DNA of 64,000 nucleotides, taken from NCBI GenBank assembly GCA_040772485.1, contig JAXGYC010000007.1, positions 352,001 through 416,000 on the forward strand, given 5' to 3'. The translations under genes were made by a program, and so were the position numbers. This DNA comes from Sedimentisphaerales bacterium (lineage in GTDB: Bacteria; Planctomycetota; Phycisphaerae; Sedimentisphaerales; Anaerobacaceae). Each line of letters opens with the position of its first letter. The first letter of the stretch is position 1. The notes beneath the pieces were generated by a model, which made no database searches, was not told the DNA's origin, and saw nothing but the letters and a program-made list of their open reading frames with translations. Shown here one piece after another: positions 59,237 to 64,000 of the stretch.

Positions 59237-59278
59237 CCCTCCGGGACAAGGAACACGCAAACCAGGAGACAAACGAGC

Positions 59279-61162
59279 ATGACGTTCAGGGTAAGACAGC
59301 TTCCGCACAATCTGCTGTTCTTGGCGCTGTGCTTCGTCTATCTATGGCTCGTCGTCGAGCCTGATCTGCTCTATCATTGCTTCGGAACGATTCTTCCGGC
59401 TGCACCTCTGTTCGCCACGGGAAAGGCATTCCTGCTGGACCGGTTAGACGCGCCCGGCGGGGGCATCCTCTACGTGGCCGGGCTGCTCTCGCAGGGGTAC
59501 TACTACCCGTGGCTGGGTGCGGCGATCATCGTGCTGGCGGCACTGGGGATGGCCGAGTTGTTCCGGCGGCACCTTGCTCTGGTCGGGGTGACGCGGCCTG
59601 CCTGGCTGACCAGCCTGCCGGCAGTGGCATTCTTCCTGATCTACAGCCGCTACAAGCATCCGCTGGCGATCTGCCTGACCGTCGCGTTCGGGCTGACTCT
59701 ATCGCTCGTGTTCGAGAGACTCGCCCTTCGCCGCACCATGACGCGTGTCGCAGGATACTGCCTGATCGCCGCCTTCGGCTTCTGGATGGGCGGTTCCGGG
59801 ACGTTGATGGTATTTGCCATCCTGACGGCGGCACATGCGCTGCTCCTTCGCAGGGACTGGACGGTGGCGATTCTCGTCCTGCCGGCAAGTGTCGCGATCG
59901 TCTGGGTGCTGGCGCAATACGTGTTCCTGATCGCTCCGGGCCGGGCGTTTGTCATCCTCAGTCCGTTTGACGCGTCTCTGACTGCCGGCATGGACCGCTT
60001 CGAGACAGTCTTGGTCCTCCTGCTGTACGGGCTCGCGCCCCTAACCGTATTACTTGGGCTCGTTCGGACGCGGACGCTCGCCCGTGCACAGCATAGCCCG
60101 AAGGCCGCCAGGCCGACCAAAAAGCACAGTGCCAAGGAACGGCGAAGGCCTGTGCTGGCCCTGCTGAAAGGACCGGCATGGACGGCCCTGCCCATCGTGC
60201 TGATGGCTGTGGGACTCTACTGGGGCCATGACGAACGGCGCAAGCCCTATGTCTTGTCGAATTACTACTCCTGCCGGAGGCAGTGGGACGAGATTCTCGA
60301 ACTCGGTCATCGGTTGCCCAGGGGCATGACCAACGTCTTCGTAAACCATGACATCCTCCGGGCTATGTATCACAAGGGGCGGCTGCCCCACGACATGTTC
60401 CGGTTCCCCCTGAATCCTCACGCCCTTCTGCTGACCCACGAGGAGAAGGAGTCAGACCTGGCCTTGGCGAAACTGAGCGACGTGTTCTTTGAGCTGGGCC
60501 ACGTCAACATGGCCCAGAAGCTGGCATCCGAGCTGCTGGCCACCAAGGACCATCTTGGCGTCGCACTGGAGCGACTGGCGTGGATCAATGTCGTCAGAGA
60601 CCTCGCGAGCACCGCTCGTATCTACGCGACTGCCCTCCAGCGGGACGTCATCCATCGCGGCACGGCCGACGCCCTGCTCCACGGCCTGGAGCATGGCTTC
60701 CCGTCGGACCAGGCGGCCTTCATCGACCGGGTCCGGTCCTGTATGCTGAGCGACCCGCTGGCGGTGTTTGGCCGCGAATCGGTGGACCAGACGCTGGCCG
60801 CCCTGCTCGAGAGGAACCCACGCAACAAGATGGCGTTTGAGTACCTCATGGCGTGCCACCTGCTGACCGGCAAGCTCGACAAGATCATGGAGAACGTGGG
60901 CCGGCTCGAAGACCTTGGCTATCGCCAGGTCCCCCCTCTGTACGAGGAAGCCATCCTCATCTACTACGCATCCCAGAGGCAGAAGCCCGATCTGGGGAAG
61001 ATCAAGATAAGTTCTGAAACCATCCGAAGATACCAACGATTCGTACAGATTCGAAGCAGCTTGCAGCCCCAGAATCAGCAGGAGACGCTCAAGGTCCTGA
61101 TCCGTGAGTTTGGCGCCAGTTATTTCTTCTACTTCGCCTTTGGACAGGTGGGCCAGGTCTGA
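59279..61162 (+). CDS. DUF6057-like membrane protein
   Basis: About 10 N-terminal TMs; PGGGILYVAGLLSQGYY, NPRNKMAFEYLMACHLL, YEEAILIY, FGASYFFYF. Confidence 0.75.
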   Translation: MTFRVRQLPHNLLFLALCFVYLWLVVEPDLLYHCFGTILPAAPLFATGKAFLLDRLDAPGGGILYVAGLLSQGYYYPWLGAAIIVLAALGMAELFRRHLALVGVTRPAWLTSLPAVAFFLIYSRYKHPLAICLTVAFGLTLSLVFERLALRRTMTRVAGYCLIAAFGFWMGGSGTLMVFAILTAAHALLLRRDWTVAILVLPASVAIVWVLAQYVFLIAPGRAFVILSPFDASLTAGMDRFETVLVLLLYGLAPLTVLLGLVRTRTLARAQHSPKAARPTKKHSAKERRRPVLALLKGPAWTALPIVLMAVGLYWGHDERRKPYVLSNYYSCRRQWDEILELGHRLPRGMTNVFVNHDILRAMYHKGRLPHDMFRFPLNPHALLLTHEEKESDLALAKLSDVFFELGHVNMAQKLASELLATKDHLGVALERLAWINVVRDLASTARIYATALQRDVIHRGTADALLHGLEHGFPSDQAAFIDRVRSCMLSDPLAVFGRESVDQTLAALLERNPRNKMAFEYLMACHLLTGKLDKIMENVGRLEDLGYRQVPPLYEEAILIYYASQRQKPDLGKIKISSETIRRYQRFVQIRSSLQPQNQQETLKVLIREFGASYFFYFAFGQVGQV

Positions 61163-61699
61163 GGACCGCCCGACCCGCCGAGATCCGGGCCACGCGGGTG
61201 TGCCCGGACAGCCCGACGCATCGAAGATCTATCTCCCAGCACCATTCCGGGGTATAACGTCCGAGAAAATAGCGTTGCAGACCGTCCACCCATTTGATAT
61301 AAAGAAAGTGATCGTGAGGAGTAACATCTCTGGACCATTCGATGGTGGTGACCCGTCCGGGAATCGAAGGGTACAGACGCCTCGCCAGACTCAGAATCGC
61401 ACGTAGGGTCAGAGTCGGAGGACCTGGCACAGTGTATTCCTGGCATCCACAAGACAGGGGGGCGTGGAATGCATGGTTTCTGCACATGCCGGGCTCATTC
61501 TGCCCACTCCAGATACTGGCAGTCTCATTCAGGAAGGAGGTGATCCGGCCGATACCATCTCGTGGAGTCTCCGGAGGGGGAAAATGGGTCGTGGCCCGTT
61601 GCGGTTGTGCGGGTCTGTGAAGAACGTTGAACGGGGGGATGAGTGCCTGATGAGTGGTCAGTGCACCGGTTGTGTGGTCTTCTTTGAAGGAGAACTTCT

Positions 61700-64000
61700 A
61701 TGTGGAAGCGATGCACCTGTTTCGCATTTCTGATCGTGTTGCTGGCCCTGATTCAGGGCGGCACTGCCTCCGGAGCATTCAACGCAAACACAGATCCCAG
61801 TCTGGTCGGATTCTGGAACCTGAACGAGGGAACGGGCACGGTAGCGGCGGACTCGTCCCCGGGTCAGAACCACGGCACATTCAACGGCAATCCCCAGTGG
61901 GTGGAGGGTTGGCTGGGAGGAGCAGTCCTGTTCGACGGCAGCGATGATTACATCGATACCGGCTGGACCGAGAATCTCGCGACCTGGACGGTCAGCGCCT
62001 GGGTAACCAGTCCGGCTGCCCCTGCGGGAAATTCCCCCAGCGGTCCGGTCCACCGGGAGAACAACTATCAGATCAACTGGGACCACAGCGACACGGTCTA
62101 CCAGGGCGCCATCGCGGTTAACGCGGGTGGCTGGAATGCCGCCAAGTACGGTCCGGTGGATGCGGATACCTGGTACTTCGTTGTCGGGACCTATGACGGT
62201 GAGGAATTGAAGGCCTACCGCAACGGCGAGTTGATCACCACCAACAGCACTCCGTCCGGGGCCCCTTCGGCTGACGGAAACAGCCTCAAATTCGGACGGC
62301 ACGCCTCGGCGGCCCAGTACTTCAACGGCACCGTCGACGATGTCCGCGTCTACAATCGCGCACTGACACCAAGTGAGATCCTGATCGTCATGCAGGGAGG
62401 CGAGAAACCTGAGCTGGCCTCGAGACCCAACCCCGCCGACGAGGAAACCGACGTGCCGCGCGATGTTGTGATGGGCTGGACAGCCGGTGCCTATGCCGCA
62501 ACCCATGACGTCTACTTCGGTGCAAACTACGAGGACGTCAATGCCGCCGGCCGCTCGGACGCGATGGGCGTTCTGGTCAGCCAAGGGCAAACCGAGCCCT
62601 CTTACGATCCCGGACGTCTGGAATTTGCCCAGACCTATTACTGGCGCGTCGATGAGGTCAATGCGGCGCCCGATAATACGATCTTCAAAGGCGACGTCTG
62701 GAGCTTCGAGGTTGAGCCGTTCGCCTATGCGGTTCCGAATGTCATTGCCACGAGCAATGGCGCCTCTGACGCCGCCAGCGGCCCGGAGAAGACGGTTGAC
62801 GGCTCGGGCCTGAACGCCGAAGACCAGCACTCCGTCGAAGCCGACGATATGTGGGTGGCCTACGCGCCGGCCGATGGTTCGGCTCTCTACATCCAGTATG
62901 AGTTCGACGGCGTCTACAAGCTCTATGAGCTCCAGGTCTGGAACTACAACGTGATGTTCGAGAAGATGCTCGGCTTCGGTCTCAAGAACGTCACCGTGGA
63001 GTACTCCACGGACGGCGCCGAGTGGACGGCCCTGGGCGACTTCGACCTCAATCAGGCCACCGCCAAGGCGACCTACGTCTACAACTCGACGATCGACTTC
63101 CAGGGGCTGGCGGTCAAGTATGTCAAGCTCACCGTCAACAGCGGATTCGGCATGCTGGGCCAGTACGGCCTCAGCGAGGTTCGCTTCATGTACCTGCCCG
63201 TCCAGGCCAGGGAGCCGCAGCCGGCGGACGGCGCCACCGACGTGGAGGTCGGCAAGGTGATGAGCTGGCGCAGCGGTCGCGAGGCGGCCTCGCACCAGGT
63301 TCTTCTGAGCACAGACCCGAATGCTCTGACGCCGGCCGGCACAGCCGATTCGGCGAGCTTCGCACCGGCGCTGGAGTTTGGCAGCACGTATTACTGGCAG
63401 GTCGTCGAGGTCAATGAGGCCGAGGCGATCAGCACCTGGGCCGGCGATGTCTGGACCTTCTCGACGCAGGAATTTGCACTGATCGACGGATTCGAGACCT
63501 ATACCGACGACGTCGAAGCCGGCGAGGCCATTTTCGACACATGGCTCGACGGCTGGGTCAACGACAACGGCTCGACGGTGGGCTATATCGAAGCTCCGTT
63601 TGCCGAGAAGACCGTCGTTCATAGCGGTGCGCAGTCGATGCCGCTCCAGTACGACAACAGTGTCTCGCCGTTCTACTCCGAGGCGGAGCGGGTATTCGAA
63701 CCGGCCCAGAACTGGACCGGCAACGGAGCCGACAGCCTTGTGCTGTACGTCCAGGGCAATGCGCCTACCTTCCTGGAGGCACCCGACGGCAGTATCATCA
63801 TGAACGCCATCGGTACAGACATCTGGAACAACGCCGACGAATTCCGCTATGCGTACAAGAGCCTCAGCGGCAACGGCTCAATGGTGGTCCGCGTCGACAG
63901 CATCGTCAACAGTGACCCCTGGGCCAAGGCGGGCATCATGATCCGCGAATCCCTGGAGCCCGGCTCGACGCACGCTTTCGTGTGTGTGCCGGCGGCGAAC
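61700..64000 (+). CDS. Secreted LamG (ConA-like) plus discoidin-like modular protein, 3' end runs off the window
   Basis: Manual translation MWKRCTCFAFLIVLL...LVGFWNLNEGTG...AVLFDGSDDY...FNGTVDDVRVYNRAL, then DVPRDVVMGW, TYYWRVDEVN, GLSEVRF; GAAGGAG RBS; paralog of 40419-43250. Confidence 0.88.
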   Translation, partial: MWKRCTCFAFLIVLLALIQGGTASGAFNANTDPSLVGFWNLNEGTGTVAADSSPGQNHGTFNGNPQWVEGWLGGAVLFDGSDDYIDTGWTENLATWTVSAWVTSPAAPAGNSPSGPVHRENNYQINWDHSDTVYQGAIAVNAGGWNAAKYGPVDADTWYFVVGTYDGEELKAYRNGELITTNSTPSGAPSADGNSLKFGRHASAAQYFNGTVDDVRVYNRALTPSEILIVMQGGEKPELASRPNPADEETDVPRDVVMGWTAGAYAATHDVYFGANYEDVNAAGRSDAMGVLVSQGQTEPSYDPGRLEFAQTYYWRVDEVNAAPDNTIFKGDVWSFEVEPFAYAVPNVIATSNGASDAASGPEKTVDGSGLNAEDQHSVEADDMWVAYAPADGSALYIQYEFDGVYKLYELQVWNYNVMFEKMLGFGLKNVTVEYSTDGAEWTALGDFDLNQATAKATYVYNSTIDFQGLAVKYVKLTVNSGFGMLGQYGLSEVRFMYLPVQAREPQPADGATDVEVGKVMSWRSGREAASHQVLLSTDPNALTPAGTADSASFAPALEFGSTYYWQVVEVNEAEAISTWAGDVWTFSTQEFALIDGFETYTDDVEAGEAIFDTWLDGWVNDNGSTVGYIEAPFAEKTVVHSGAQSMPLQYDNSVSPFYSEAERVFEPAQNWTGNGADSLVLYVQGNAPTFLEAPDGSIIMNAIGTDIWNNADEFRYAYKSLSGNGSMVVRVDSIVNSDPWAKAGIMIRESLEPGSTHAFVCVPAAN

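Noticed and set aside
61534..61551. 16S rRNA gene fragment
   Set aside because: The match is limited to 18 nt and the flanks do not resemble 16S
159..63622. Many long antisense or alternate-frame ORFs (e.g. 159-803+, 5549-7282+, 19002-20693-, 29803-31959-, 36576-39356+, 50950-53514+, 54342-56882+, 61658-63622-)
   Set aside because: Shadow ORFs of real genes in high-GC DNA, with no recognisable motifs

Overview
GC-rich bacterial chromosomal segment, most likely Planctomycetota class Phycisphaerae (Sedimentisphaerales-like). This is inferred from a HYExAFE-family gene and large secreted GLUG, beta-helix and LamG/discoidin modular proteins. The window holds about 45 CDS. Housekeeping genes include xseA, xseB, proS, hisS, rny, ymdB, yebC and yhaM-like, plus one tRNA-Leu(TAG). 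Other content: carbohydrate-active enzymes (CE15, CE1-like, AGE epimerase, TIM-barrel isomerases), a Gld-like ABC system, a Ser/Thr kinase-PP2C pair, an ECF/anti-sigma pair, a DUF4258/DUF2283 toxin-antitoxin-like pair, a WecA-like plus O-antigen-ligase-like operon and many secreted modular proteins. No integrase, transposase, rRNA or CRISPR array was seen. Most notable observations: (1) a strong excess of the tripeptide D-P-N in exported proteins, a candidate novel modification sequon, with a candidate glycan-transfer operon in the same window; (2) a ~450-nt highly structured RNA with two 6S-like rods between a clear sigma70 promoter and rny; (3) two GTAG-type REP families, one supplying stop codons and one copy carrying a nested insert; (4) a candidate sRNA/attenuator with a CU-rich loop upstream of a CxxCH beta-propeller/DUF6057 pair; (5) a non-RD kinase with four zinc ribbons. 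All family assignments come from motif recognition by eye, not from database searches.
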